From an uncultured bacterium (GTDB lineage: Bacteria > Babelota > Babeliae > Babelales > JABCYS01), in NCBI GenBank assembly GCA_963705705.1, contig CAVPKK010000007.1, positions 96,001-160,000 on the forward strand: DNA of 64,000 bases. Direction: 5' to 3'. Position 1 is the first letter of the stretch; each line of letters begins with the position of its first letter. A program made the position numbers and the translations under genes. Of the stretch, positions 8,559 through 18,776 are shown piece after piece. Under the pieces are notes generated by a model. The model was given only the letters and a program-made list of their open reading frames with translations, ran no database searches and had not been told where the DNA came from.

Positions 8559-11118
8559 TTACAATACGAAGATACAAACGTTTGGCAGATTCGATTGCCA
8601 CTAGATAAACAATGCAGAAGATACCAAAGTATCGCAGAAGTTGCCAATTCAATGGCACAAATTGGAAAAATTCTTGGCCCCAAGAGGTAAACGGAAGCCC
8701 AAGTGTTATGATTACCGAAAGTATCAATGGTGTGAGTAATGTGCGTGAAGGCGGTACTGCACGCCAGAATGGTTTATTAGAACGCACAACCAATAAGAAG
8801 ATCCCTTCTGAAAGCATACTTCCTACAAACCAACACGTACGCAATGTGGCAACGCCAAATTGGCTGAACCAAAGGAATAAAGAAAAATCGAATAATGAAC
8901 TGAACATACCCATGCCGGTCGTAAACATAGCAATATCTTTGAGGCTATACTGCTTTGGCTCTTTCAATTCAGAGGGTTCAACATAGTCAGTCGACAAAGC
9001 CAATAATGGGATATCAGAAAGAATGTTAAGCAATAAAATTTGGATAGGCAGTATTGGCAAATAGTCTACGAATAATGAAACGATAGCCATCGCATAGAAG
9101 TTGCCAAAACTACCCGAGAGACTCACCTTGATATATTTAATAGTGTTTGCGAAAATCGTGCGCCCATGATGAATGCCATCAATAATTACATGCAAACTTT
9201 TTTTGAGCAATACGATATCGGCGGCTTCGCGTGCAATGTCGGCAGCGCCCTCAACCACCATCGCCACGTGCGCGGCATGTAATGCAGGTGCGTCATTGAT
9301 GCCATCGCCCATAAACCCAACATGCTTACCATGGCTCTGCAACAATTTAATGATTTCATATTTTTGGTGCGGAGAAACACGAGCAAAAATGGCATAATCT
9401 TGTACCGCCTCGGTCTTTTCACGTTCACTCAGTTCAGCAAAAATATCGCCCATCATCACATCTTGAATAGATTTGCATAAACCAACCTGCACGCCCACAT
9501 AGCCGGCAACCTCAGGGCTATCACCGGTAAGGATTTTAATTTTTATACCAAGCTCTTGCGCAGATTTAATCGCAGAGAAGGTGCTGCTCTTGATTGGATC
9601 GACGAATGAAAGCAAACCAACAAAGGTAAGTGATTCCTCAGCTGCGCGCACATCGTCTGGTTTTGTTGCAAATTCACGTATCGCTATACCTATCACGCGG
9701 CGCCCTTCTTCTCCCTGATGAAACACAAATCGTTGAATGTCTTCACTTTGTTGTTGAGAAATATTATTTGTATGTTTAAGTAGCTCTTCGTGGCCACCCC
9801 ATACAATGAGAATGTATGAATCAGTAACTGGGTTATGAAATAGCTCACTGCTCCGTCTACGGTCAGGCTCAAATGGAATGAAAGCAACCGGCTGATGTGT
9901 GCACGCGAATTCTTTTGATGCATTGGCAGCGTGTGCCATAATTGCATCATCGAATGGCGATGCATTGGATGATTGACCTTCAGTACTACGGCCTGCACAG
10001 GAATGGTTGGCAAATAAGCAGGCGTAATTAAGTAATGAGTTTTGGGTAGAACCGACCTCATACTTATCAACCAATGTCAGTTTATTTTCCGTCAGCGTAC
10101 CGGTTTTATCCGTGCACAAAATATCAATACTTCCCAGATCTTCGATGGCGGTCAGTCGTTTTACGATTACTTTACGGCGTGCTAATTCCATTGCCCCTTG
10201 CGACAACGAAAGCGCGACAACCGTTGGCAATAATTCCGGCACAATAACAACTGCCAATGCGAGCACATAAATCCAATATTCAGGATCAAACAGCGGTGCA
10301 CCGCGCACAACAACGTGCATACCAATGGTGAGAATGCTGGCAACTATTACCATCCAGGCAATAAATCGTGAAAAGCGATTTATATTTTGCGTAAACAAAC
10401 TCTCTCTTTTTGATTCACTCAGCGTCTTCGCAATAGTGCCAAGCTCCATACGAGAGCCGGTTGCTAACACAACGGCATGGGCAGAACCAGATATCACGGT
10501 TGTAGAAGCAAAACAGAGATTAACTGCTTGATATGGTTGTTTGGGTTCTTGTTGCATAGCCGCATTTGTTTTTGCAACTGCAATTGTTTCGCCCGTGAGC
10601 GCTGATTCATCAACCTGAAAACCATGGCTTTGTATGATGCGCACATCGGCGGGAATGATATCCCCAGCTTCAAGGATAATAATATCGCCCGGCACAAGCT
10701 CGCGGGTAGGTATAACAATGACTGTTTCATCGCGAAGCGCATGGGTTTTGCTCACAATAAAATTTTTTAAATATAATAATGCGCGTGATGCTTTGTATTC
10801 CTGAAAAAAACCAAGCAATGCATTGATGGCAACGATCACAAGAATAATGCCTGCTTCAAGCATGTCTCGCGTCACAAAAAAGGCGATGGCAGCGGCACCT
10901 AAAAGTAGATAGACAAAAGAACAGTTAAATTGGCGCAAAGCTAGTTGGAACCATCCTTCTGTCTTTTGCACAATTTCGTTATAGCCATATTGCTTGAGAC
11001 GTTTTGTTACGTCTGCATCCTTAAGGCCCTCGCGCTGCGTCTCTAGGTCAGATAAAACTTGCTCTATGGATTGGGTGGCATACTTTGACAACATTTCGAA
11101 CTCCAACATTCTGCACAT
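8506..11118 (-). CDS. mgtA: P-type ATPase, MgtA-like (probable Mg2+ importer); true start may be 11094
   Basis: DESALTGE, PELLP, DKTGTLT phosphorylation site, TGD, GDGINDAPAL; multiple TM helices. Confidence 0.8.
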   Translation of the reverse strand: MCRMLEFEMLSKYATQSIEQVLSDLETQREGLKDADVTKRLKQYGYNEIVQKTEGWFQLALRQFNCSFVYLLLGAAAIAFFVTRDMLEAGIILVIVAINALLGFFQEYKASRALLYLKNFIVSKTHALRDETVIVIPTRELVPGDIIILEAGDIIPADVRIIQSHGFQVDESALTGETIAVAKTNAAMQQEPKQPYQAVNLCFASTTVISGSAHAVVLATGSRMELGTIAKTLSESKRESLFTQNINRFSRFIAWMVIVASILTIGMHVVVRGAPLFDPEYWIYVLALAVVIVPELLPTVVALSLSQGAMELARRKVIVKRLTAIEDLGSIDILCTDKTGTLTENKLTLVDKYEVGSTQNSLLNYACLFANHSCAGRSTEGQSSNASPFDDAIMAHAANASKEFACTHQPVAFIPFEPDRRRSSELFHNPVTDSYILIVWGGHEELLKHTNNISQQQSEDIQRFVFHQGEEGRRVIGIAIREFATKPDDVRAAEESLTFVGLLSFVDPIKSSTFSAIKSAQELGIKIKILTGDSPEVAGYVGVQVGLCKSIQDVMMGDIFAELSEREKTEAVQDYAIFARVSPHQKYEIIKLLQSHGKHVGFMGDGINDAPALHAAHVAMVVEGAADIAREAADIVLLKKSLHVIIDGIHHGRTIFANTIKYIKVSLSGSFGNFYAMAIVSLFVDYLPILPIQILLLNILSDIPLLALSTDYVEPSELKEPKQYSLKDIAMFTTGMGMFSSLFDFSLFLWFSQFGVATLRTCWFVGSMLSEGIFLLVVRSNKPFWRAVPPSRTLLTPLILSVIITLGLPFTSWGQEFFQFVPLNWQLLRYFGIFCIVYLVAIESAKRLYLRIVNGKSREEHKESAQGTAS

Positions 11119-12134
11119 ATGTGCTTGCTTGCATCTTCTGGCAACCTCTCAGCTGATCCTGGTACAGAACAAACATAGTTCCAGGCAGCAAGTGCTGCCA
11201 TGCAACCGCTGCCGGCCGCTGAAAGTGCTAAGGTATATGGTCTGCCACCAGGCAATGTGGCTACCGTGCCTGCTACAAAAACTCCCGGGACAGCAGTCGT
11301 TGTGGGGCCATTAATAAGCAGATAGCCATTTTCATCACGTTCTAATTGTGGTCCACACCAATCTGATCGCCCTTGTTCGCCGAGAGCAAGGAAAATTCCT
11401 GCTACAGGAATGGTATCGGTTTGGGCATCGACGCGTACGCCTGTGACTTTGGTACCATCACCGACTATCTCCGTTACATTTGTATTAAAGAGTACCGTTA
11501 TACCCTGCTGTGAGGTTAATTTTTTGCACAGTGAAGGGCATACGCCGAAATCTGATTCGCTGCAAATCATGGTGATATTGGAGGTGTATTGCTGCATAAA
11601 CATGGCTCTAGTTATTGCAAGGTCACCGCAGCCCACCACAACGATCGCTTTATTTTTAAATAAAGGCCCATCACAAATAGGGCAGACCGCTACACCGCGG
11701 CCCCAATACTTTTCCTCTCCGGGGCAATGGAGCTTTTGCGGTTCAGTTCCGGAAGCAATAATGATCGCCCAGGTGGTAACTGTGATACCATCGTCAAAAG
11801 TAAGAACGTATGGTGTTTCAGAGAAATCAACGGCAGTAACCGTTCCCGACATAAAACGCGCGCCTTGCGAAACTGCATGTTCTTGCATTCGCTCAATAAG
11901 TTCAGGCCCTGTAATTGATGGCTCACCTGGCCAGTTTTCTATAATACCGGCATAAATCAGGTTGCCTCCTGGATCATCCCCATCAATGACCAAAGGAGAA
12001 AGCTGCATGCGAGCGGCACATAATGCCGCTGATAAACCAGCAGGCCCAGAGCCGACAATTACCACATTATTAATGTCTTCAGCAGTGGCGAACAAGGGCA
12101 AACTTAATATGAGCAATAAACGTTTTAATCTCAT
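11064..12134 (-). CDS. trxB: Thioredoxin reductase-like flavoprotein with N-terminal signal peptide
   Basis: VVIVGSGPAGLSAA, IENWPG, GRGVAVCPICDG redox CxxC. Confidence 0.8.
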   Translation of the reverse strand: MRLKRLLLILSLPLFATAEDINNVVIVGSGPAGLSAALCAARMQLSPLVIDGDDPGGNLIYAGIIENWPGEPSITGPELIERMQEHAVSQGARFMSGTVTAVDFSETPYVLTFDDGITVTTWAIIIASGTEPQKLHCPGEEKYWGRGVAVCPICDGPLFKNKAIVVVGCGDLAITRAMFMQQYTSNITMICSESDFGVCPSLCKKLTSQQGITVLFNTNVTEIVGDGTKVTGVRVDAQTDTIPVAGIFLALGEQGRSDWCGPQLERDENGYLLINGPTTTAVPGVFVAGTVATLPGGRPYTLALSAAGSGCMAALAAWNYVCSVPGSAERLPEDASKHICAECWSSKCCQSMPPNP

Positions 12135-12301
12135 CGATATCTCCGCAATTCCTATTTCTGTTGTAACAAGAACAAATTAATGCACGCAAGACTTTGCAGC
12201 CGGTCGCGAAATGATTGTTATACAGCCACCAATTCTTGAAACAATTTAGTCAATAATATGAAAATATATCTAATAAACCGTGGCTTAATTTGAGGATCAA
12301 G

Positions 12302-13135
12302 ATGGCTAAAACAATCTGGAAAGGCTCAATATCTTTGGGCCTACTGAATATTCCCATCGAACTGTATACCGCAGTCCGCGAGCATGCGATAGGATTTAAA
12401 TTGTTGCACGCAAAGTGTCATACACCTATTCGTAATAAACGATGGTGTGATACATGCAATAAGGAAGTTTCATGGGATGAAACTATCAAAGCATTGCCGC
12501 TAGAACATAAAAATGGCAAGGAAGCATATTTTTTAATCACTCCTGATGCTCTCAAAAAACTGCGACCAGAAAAAACAGATACGATTGATATTGTTGAATT
12601 CTTAGAACATGAAAATATCCCGACGGTCTATTACGATAAGCATTATTATGCAGGGCCAAGCAGCAAAGCAAGTGAAAAGGCGTTTCTTTTATTTGTAACC
12701 GCATTGAGCAAAACAAAAAAGGTAGCCATCGGCCGCTTTGTGATGCGTGATAAAGAATATGCTGTTTGCATGGAACCATATAATGGCATTTTATTAATCA
12801 CCACGCTTAATTATGCGTATGAGGTGGTAGCCATTGATACTATTCCCGCATTAAAACGAGAGCACGGGCATCTAGAAGAAGTTAAAACGACTACACAAGA
12901 GATGGAAGTCGCTCAAAAACTGATCAGCCTGCAGACGGTTAAGAAGTTTGATATATCCGATTTCAAGGATACTTTTGCCGAAAAGTTAAAGGAAAAGATA
13001 AAGGAAGAGGCCAAAGGTCATGTGACAAAGCGTGTGCCTAAAGAAAAACCGAAGGCAGTAAAAGGCGAACAGCCTTCATTGCTTAAACTGTTGGAAGCTA
13101 GTATTCCAAAAGGCAGGAAAAGCAAAGTCAAATAA
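12302..13135 (+). CDS. ku: Non-homologous end joining protein Ku
   Basis: MAKTIWKGSISLGLLNIPI, TIDIVEF, YYDKHYY, GRFVMRDKE; basic C-terminal tail. Confidence 0.93.
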   Translation: MAKTIWKGSISLGLLNIPIELYTAVREHAIGFKLLHAKCHTPIRNKRWCDTCNKEVSWDETIKALPLEHKNGKEAYFLITPDALKKLRPEKTDTIDIVEFLEHENIPTVYYDKHYYAGPSSKASEKAFLLFVTALSKTKKVAIGRFVMRDKEYAVCMEPYNGILLITTLNYAYEVVAIDTIPALKREHGHLEEVKTTTQEMEVAQKLISLQTVKKFDISDFKDTFAEKLKEKIKEEAKGHVTKRVPKEKPKAVKGEQPSLLKLLEASIPKGRKSKVK

Positions 13136-13145
13136 AAGTCTTGCA

Positions 13146-13298
13146 CAAGCAACATAACGGAGACAGGCTCAGGATGAGCGGGGAGGGTTTAAATTGTCAG
13201 ATGATGTGTTGCCTACAAATTGAGAGGGTTTGGAGGGAGACTCTCTCCCTCCCGAGAACGATGGGGAGGGGTGTTAGGGGAGGGAACGGACCCTTAGC
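13146..13298 (+). repeat. G-rich intergenic element family C, copy 1 (contains a half family-A palindrome at 13162-13181)
   Basis: 5' block 20/22 and 3' block 35/36 identical to 24361-24444; internal hairpin ggagggaga-ctc-tctccctcc. Confidence 0.85.
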
Positions 13299-13377
13299 AC
13301 AAACCTAAATAACCAATTAAGGTGAATTAAGAAAATAGCCGTTCTTCTCAGTCCTTAAACTTCTCGATGAAATTGTT

Positions 13378-14283
13378 ATGGCTTATAAACTAAAACCAAT
13401 GCTCACCAAGCGCGGTGATAAGCATATACTTAAATCGCATGCTTATTTGTTTGAACCAAAACTTGATGGCTATCGCGCACTATGCGTAAAAAAAGATGGC
13501 AAGCTTCATTTCTACTCGCGCAACGGTCTTACTATGACCAAATACCCCGAACTGCAACATCCAAGCCTTATTAAAGCAAAATCAGCAATAGTTGATGGTG
13601 AAATTATTGCCTATGGACCAGACGGCATGCCGCACTTTCAAGCCTTGCAACAAGGCAATCGGGCCGTTTACATCATTTTTGATATTCTCGAGAAAAACGG
13701 CAAATCGCTGATTGATTTACCCTTAACTGAGCGCAAAAAGATATTGGCAAAGACAGTACGCGATGGTAAAGAAATTGAAAAAATATTTGATACTGCCGAC
13801 GGCGAAGCTCTGTGGAACCAAATGGTTAAGCATCATCTTGAAGGAGTTATGGCCAAGATACCGGACAGCAAATACTACCCAGGCGAACGGACGAGCGTCT
13901 GGCTCAAAGTTAAGATTCATGAAACAGTTGATGCGGTTATAGTTGGTTATACCAGTGAAAAAAGAAACATTTCTGCGCTCATATTAGGCCTGTATGATGG
14001 CAATCAATTGGTCTATATCGGCAAAGTTGGTACCGGGTTTAATGAAGAAAATATGGCCAAGTTGGAAAAAAAGTTTACAAACAAACACCGAGTAAAACCG
14101 CCAAAAGGCTTTGCGCCAAACAAAAAAGTTAAAGATGTACATTGGCTTTCACCGACCGTTGCCTGCGAAATCAAATATGCCAACGTAACAGGCGAAGGTA
14201 TCTTACGAGCACCTGTCTTTCTGCGCATACGCCATACCAAAACTGCAAAGCAATGCACAATCGACCAGATAAAAAAGGTTTAA
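13378..14283 (+). CDS. ATP-dependent DNA ligase (LigD ligase domain only / LigC-like)
   Basis: FEPKLDGYR adenylation motif, VDGEII, FDIL, EGVMAK, WLKVK, GKVGTGF, LRAPVF; next to Ku. Confidence 0.9.
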   Translation: MAYKLKPMLTKRGDKHILKSHAYLFEPKLDGYRALCVKKDGKLHFYSRNGLTMTKYPELQHPSLIKAKSAIVDGEIIAYGPDGMPHFQALQQGNRAVYIIFDILEKNGKSLIDLPLTERKKILAKTVRDGKEIEKIFDTADGEALWNQMVKHHLEGVMAKIPDSKYYPGERTSVWLKVKIHETVDAVIVGYTSEKRNISALILGLYDGNQLVYIGKVGTGFNEENMAKLEKKFTNKHRVKPPKGFAPNKKVKDVHWLSPTVACEIKYANVTGEGILRAPVFLRIRHTKTAKQCTIDQIKKV

Positions 14284-14299
14284 ATACCTTTTTTACAAT

Positions 14300-14331
14300 A
14301 AAAAAAAGGACCCCGAATTACCGAAGTCCTT
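14300..14331 (-). terminator. Intrinsic terminator of the DUF378-like gene
   Basis: Minus strand aaggacttcgg-taat-tcggggtcctt followed by a T run. Confidence 0.6.
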
Positions 14332-14352
14332 CTTATACAATAAATTGATTGG

Positions 14353-14628
14353 CTATCGATGAGAATGAGGTGGTGGGTTCATTTGGCATTCTTTGCCTGA
14401 CATACAGCGATAACTGTGTGCAAGTAAAGCGAATAAGCTTAATATACCGGCGATACCAATAAGATAGCCGAGGACAACCTTAGCGTGTGGGTGGTCCACC
14501 ATAAAATGAATATTATTAAAATCAAAAACATTAGCCGCTGCAAGCCCGATATTAATAGCAGCTAGTGCTACGATAAGCCACGTTAGTTTATAAACTAATC
14601 CGCCGCCTCTTGTCTGACACATACACAT
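14353..14628 (-). CDS. Small two-TM membrane protein, DUF378-like
   Basis: LVYKLTWLIVALAAINIGL ... YLIGIAG pattern. Confidence 0.65.
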   Translation of the reverse strand: MCMCQTRGGGLVYKLTWLIVALAAINIGLAAANVFDFNNIHFMVDHPHAKVVLGYLIGIAGILSLFALLAHSYRCMSGKECQMNPPPHSHR

Positions 14629-14766
14629 AGGGTCTCTCCTTTGTACAAAGTATTATAAAGACATTACATTATCACTCTACTTAACCTTTTGATGGTTTTG
14701 CAACAGTTTTTATCAAAGACAGACATAATGGCGTTATTACGCCACTTTTACGAGTAAAAATAACAT

Positions 14767-15888
14767 ATGAGTATCCAAGCGGGCCTCGTCGGCCTACCCA
14801 ATGTCGGTAAATCTACCCTCTTTAATGCGCTTACCAAATCGTGTGTACCAGCCGAAAATTACCCTTTTTGCACGATTGAACCTCATGTTGCCATAACACA
14901 GGTGCCGGATGAGCGTATCGACAAATTGGTCGGCATTTATGGCAGCCAGAAAGTAATACCGGCGACGGTAACCTTTGTAGATATAGCCGGTCTGGTAAAA
15001 GGAGCTGCGGCGGGCGAAGGGTTGGGCAACCAATTCTTGAACCATATTCGTGAAGTCGACCTGGTTTTGCATGTTCTTCGCTGCTTTGATGACGGAAATA
15101 TTATCCGCACTGGATCTGGTCCGGTTGAAGATTATGAAACAATTATGGCCGAGCTGATGCTCAAGGATGTGGAAACGATCGATAAGCGATTGGCAAAGCT
15201 CCAGCAGCTTATCAAGGCCGCCCGCATGAAGCCGGCTGAGCTCAAAGAGTTGCAACTTGAAGAAGTATTGGTGCAGAAAATTAAGGATGCCTTAGAACGT
15301 GGCGATGCAAAAGCTGTTCGCACATTAATGACTCCTGCCCAGGCTAAAATCACCCCACTGCTTTCAGCCAAAGAGTTTTTGATCCTTGCAAATATCTCCG
15401 AACATGAGCTTGAGGGTGATGCCTATAAAAATAATCCGAACGTACTGGAACTCATTAAGACCTTCGGAGTCGACCGCGTGATTCCTGTGTGCGCCAAAGC
15501 AGCTGGCGAACTAGTTCGCCTTACGGTTGAAGAAGCCGCCGAATTTGCCCAGATGCTTGGCATGAGTGAAGATTACCAACGCAATGCAGGTCTGAAAGGT
15601 ATCATTCGCAAAAGCTATGAATGGCTTGGCCTTATTACTTTCTTCACCTGCGGTCCTAAGGAAGTGCATGCGTGGCCAATCAAAAAAGGTCTTACGGTTC
15701 GTGCCGCAGCCGGCGAAATCCATTCCGATCTAGAACGTGGCTTTATTTGTGCTGAAGTATTCAATTGCAAAGATTTATTTGAAGCGGGCAGCGAAGCGAA
15801 GTTGCGTACGACTGGTAAGCTGCGCACCGAAGGCCAGGATTATATTGTCCAAGATGGCGATATATTGAACATTAAATTTAATGTGTAG
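14767..15888 (+). CDS. ychF: Redox-regulated ATPase YchF
   Basis: GLVGLPNVGKSTLFNALT, NYPFCTIEP, DIAGLV, GEGLGNQFL, C-terminal TGS domain. Confidence 0.97.
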   Translation: MSIQAGLVGLPNVGKSTLFNALTKSCVPAENYPFCTIEPHVAITQVPDERIDKLVGIYGSQKVIPATVTFVDIAGLVKGAAAGEGLGNQFLNHIREVDLVLHVLRCFDDGNIIRTGSGPVEDYETIMAELMLKDVETIDKRLAKLQQLIKAARMKPAELKELQLEEVLVQKIKDALERGDAKAVRTLMTPAQAKITPLLSAKEFLILANISEHELEGDAYKNNPNVLELIKTFGVDRVIPVCAKAAGELVRLTVEEAAEFAQMLGMSEDYQRNAGLKGIIRKSYEWLGLITFFTCGPKEVHAWPIKKGLTVRAAAGEIHSDLERGFICAEVFNCKDLFEAGSEAKLRTTGKLRTEGQDYIVQDGDILNIKFNV

Positions 15889-15891
15889 CAG

Positions 15892-16233
15892 ATGACCTCA
15901 ATTGCTCGTGGCATTACCAAATTCACTGAACGCGAAATCCAACACTTATTTGCTACCGCGCGTCCAGTTTTGCGCACACCAGCAATTGAAATCCGAACCG
16001 CGCCGGCGACATTGGCATATGGCCGCGTGCTTATCGTAATTCCACGCCGCGTTGGCACGGCGCCTGAACGCAACAAGATCAAACGATGGATTAAGGCATT
16101 GTTTTACCAAGAAAAATGGTACGCCGCCGGCCTTGATGCCATCATGCTCATCCGGCCCGCGGCTAAAGAATTGGATTATTATAAACTCAAGGCGCTACTG
16201 AGTAATATATATATTAGAATCAGAGCAAGTTAA
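15892..16233 (+). CDS. rnpA: Ribonuclease P protein component
   Basis: RRVGTAPERNKIKRWIK (RNR motif); size; yidD downstream. Confidence 0.8.
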   Translation: MTSIARGITKFTEREIQHLFATARPVLRTPAIEIRTAPATLAYGRVLIVIPRRVGTAPERNKIKRWIKALFYQEKWYAAGLDAIMLIRPAAKELDYYKLKALLSNIYIRIRAS

Positions 16234-16235
16234 GT

Positions 16236-16270
16236 CCGCTCATCCTGAGTTAATCGAAGGATCAAAGCGG
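16236..16270 (+). repeat. Family A palindrome
   Basis: ccgctcatcctgagttaatcgaaggatcaaagcgg immediately after the rnpA stop. Confidence 0.92.
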
Positions 16271-16289
16271 AAAAAAGACTAATAAATCA

Positions 16290-16466
16290 ATGCGAATGAT
16301 AAATACATGCCTTACAACCCTGCTCACCAACCTTCGCCCGCTCCTCGGCCCGGCTGCGTGCAAATATCAAATCTCGTGCGGCAACTACGCTGTCCTCTTA
16401 TTAAAAACAGAACCGTTCTATCGCGCATTGCCCAAAATTGTTATCCGTCTATTTAGATGTATTTAA
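16290..16466 (+). CDS. yidD: Membrane protein insertion efficiency factor YidD (58 aa, absent from the ORF track)
   Basis: LRPLLGPAACKYQISCGNYA...IRLFRC matches the YidD cysteine pattern; canonical position after rnpA. Confidence 0.75.
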   Translation: MRMINTCLTTLLTNLRPLLGPAACKYQISCGNYAVLLLKTEPFYRALPKIVIRLFRCI

Positions 16467-16469
16467 AAA

Positions 16470-16507
16470 AGAAAACGCCGTGAACAAATTTGCTCACGGC
16501 GTTTTCT
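16470..16507. terminator. Bidirectional intrinsic terminator
   Basis: agaaaacgccgtga-loop-tcacggcgttttct between convergent genes. Confidence 0.85.
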
Positions 16508-16540
16508 AAGCATTACAAAAGATTGTATGCGTTTCTGTCT

Positions 16541-18601
16541 TTATACAACTGATAGATTATCAAATGTATCAGGCGTCTGACCCAAATTATTAGTTACTTC
16601 TGGCGGGAAGCCCGTTGAATGGCTCCAAGTTCTTATTGGCGTATCGGCCGATAAGCCCCATGTCACTAAATTCTTGGTGTAATTTAATCGACCATTATTA
16701 TAGGCGATGTTGTTAAGAAACACATTGCCAAGTGTATTTACTGAGTTTGAGCCATCGTAGAAGCCGGCAACTGTATTATCATACGCAGTATTGCCGCGCA
16801 CAATGGCATTTCCAGATTGCAAAGTCGTTGTTGTTGTAATCGTTGACAATGCAACGCCTATACCATTGCCATAGCTCACGCAATCTAATACCGATGATTC
16901 AACTGCCCAATTAACCAAGAATCCGTACGCATGACTTTGCAACGGACAGAAAACGCTACCAGAGATACAATTTTCAAATACCACTTGATTAGGGAAATTG
17001 CGTGTCTGAAGGCCAGTATCAATGTCAGCCGCAAAGCCTGCAGCAATTATTGTGGTTGTTAGTGCATTAGAAGTATTTGCAATATTCAATGCAACACAAT
17101 TTTTGACGCTTGCAGCACTAGCTTCGTTAAAATTATATCCATTTACTAGGTTGGTAGAACCAAAAATATTTTGCACTACGCAATCTTCCACGCTTATCGT
17201 ATTAACAGCAGTACTTCCGCCAGTGACAGCAATACCTTCAACGACGTTAAGACTTGTAGTCAGACTTGCTGTGTATGTGCTTGTTAAATTTTGTACTACA
17301 CAATTACGCACGGCCACATTAGCACTTGCGAACAAATTAATTCCACCGCAAATTGTGCCGGAACCGCCACTCACACCCATAAAGTCAGTGGTCATATTTT
17401 GAAAAACGCAGTTGGAAATAGCTAAACTTTGGGCGAATGAACTCGTTAAGCCAATCGCTTGCTTAAATCCAGTGATCGCTGCCGCAATGCAATTATCAAT
17501 TGTTATCTGAGATGGATTTGAGGATAGATGAAAACCGTATGCAAATTCATTAGTCGATGTAATTGAATAGCTTTCGCAGTCTCTAATTGTTGCGTAGGTT
17601 AAATGTGTTGGGTTACCTTCACCAAAAAAAGATAATCCGGAACATAAGCCAACATTACTCAGATTGTAAAACGTACAGTTTTCAACCAAAGTATGTAATG
17701 TCTTATTAAAAACAGCACCATACACTTGATTATCGAGATTTACGCCATTCACAAATTGAGTGCTGAACGTAGAGAAATTATCGTGGAAGTTACTATTTTT
17801 TACTATTAGATCATTGCTTATTCCGTCAAGTGCCAATCCAGCTGTTTGAATAGCAGGTCCATTATGATTCAATGTTGCACCGAATGGCCCGTTGAACGAT
17901 CCGTCAATTGAATCAATCAATACGTGCAACGCGCCTTCGCGAATGAGTAACCCTATACCCCCATTGTAATTGAATTGAGAATTTTTCACTGAAATGTCTT
18001 GGGAATTTTGCTGGATTTCTGTACCAACAAATCCATTTGAATTAGCCGTCAGATGATCGAGTGTAATATTTGAGCAATTTGGGCTAACCAAAATTGCAGT
18101 ACTGAATGTGCCTATAACTGAACCATTTTGGATCGTTACATTTTGCATATTCGGATTTACTTGAATACCGATAAAACCATCATGACCACCACCATTGATT
18201 GTGCGATCATTCAGTTCCAATGTTACTTGACTGGCGTTGATGGTAATCGCGGTACCTAAGCTAAATGCAATATCTTGAGCTAATGAATATTTACCGGAAC
18301 AGTTAATTACCAGCGGTATGTCGCATTGGGTAATAATATAACCGCTACCAAGCCCGGCTGCTGCACGAACAATTTCATCTTTTATGCAGAATGACAGCGG
18401 GCAAAGTTCGATTTCGACCCTAGGGCAACCCGTTGTAGGATAGCAACAAGGGGTTACAGCCGAAAGTGATGCCGTAGCGAAAAGCACCATTAAACTAACT
18501 GCTTTGACTTTAGTTAGAAACGATTGAGCTATCGAGTGATCGAATGACCACGCGAATGCTGGTCGAATTGAATGATGGTTCATACCATGTCTCCTGCGCA
18601 C
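16541..18601 (-). CDS. Exported right-handed beta-helix repeat protein with a Cys-rich N-terminus (start uncertain)
   Basis: VINCSGKYSLAQDI, AITINASQVTLELN, many ..N.TI.NC repeats, N.A..N C-terminal turns. Confidence 0.75.
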   Translation of the reverse strand: MRRRHGMNHHSIRPAFAWSFDHSIAQSFLTKVKAVSLMVLFATASLSAVTPCCYPTTGCPRVEIELCPLSFCIKDEIVRAAAGLGSGYIITQCDIPLVINCSGKYSLAQDIAFSLGTAITINASQVTLELNDRTINGGGHDGFIGIQVNPNMQNVTIQNGSVIGTFSTAILVSPNCSNITLDHLTANSNGFVGTEIQQNSQDISVKNSQFNYNGGIGLLIREGALHVLIDSIDGSFNGPFGATLNHNGPAIQTAGLALDGISNDLIVKNSNFHDNFSTFSTQFVNGVNLDNQVYGAVFNKTLHTLVENCTFYNLSNVGLCSGLSFFGEGNPTHLTYATIRDCESYSITSTNEFAYGFHLSSNPSQITIDNCIAAAITGFKQAIGLTSSFAQSLAISNCVFQNMTTDFMGVSGGSGTICGGINLFASANVAVRNCVVQNLTSTYTASLTTSLNVVEGIAVTGGSTAVNTISVEDCVVQNIFGSTNLVNGYNFNEASAASVKNCVALNIANTSNALTTTIIAAGFAADIDTGLQTRNFPNQVVFENCISGSVFCPLQSHAYGFLVNWAVESSVLDCVSYGNGIGVALSTITTTTTLQSGNAIVRGNTAYDNTVAGFYDGSNSVNTLGNVFLNNIAYNNGRLNYTKNLVTWGLSADTPIRTWSHSTGFPPEVTNNLGQTPDTFDNLSVV

Positions 18602-18776
18602 ATAAGCGCAAACGTAGGGCCAAGAACATGCTACCCAATAACCCGTTGTTATTGGACATGCTCAAAAACTTATGAAGCTTGATCCTATGTGATTTGAAGC
18701 GAGATCATGGTGTGCGAATAGAAATCAACCTTTTATTTTGCTCTAAGATATAGCAAATCTAACAGCCTGCCACAAA

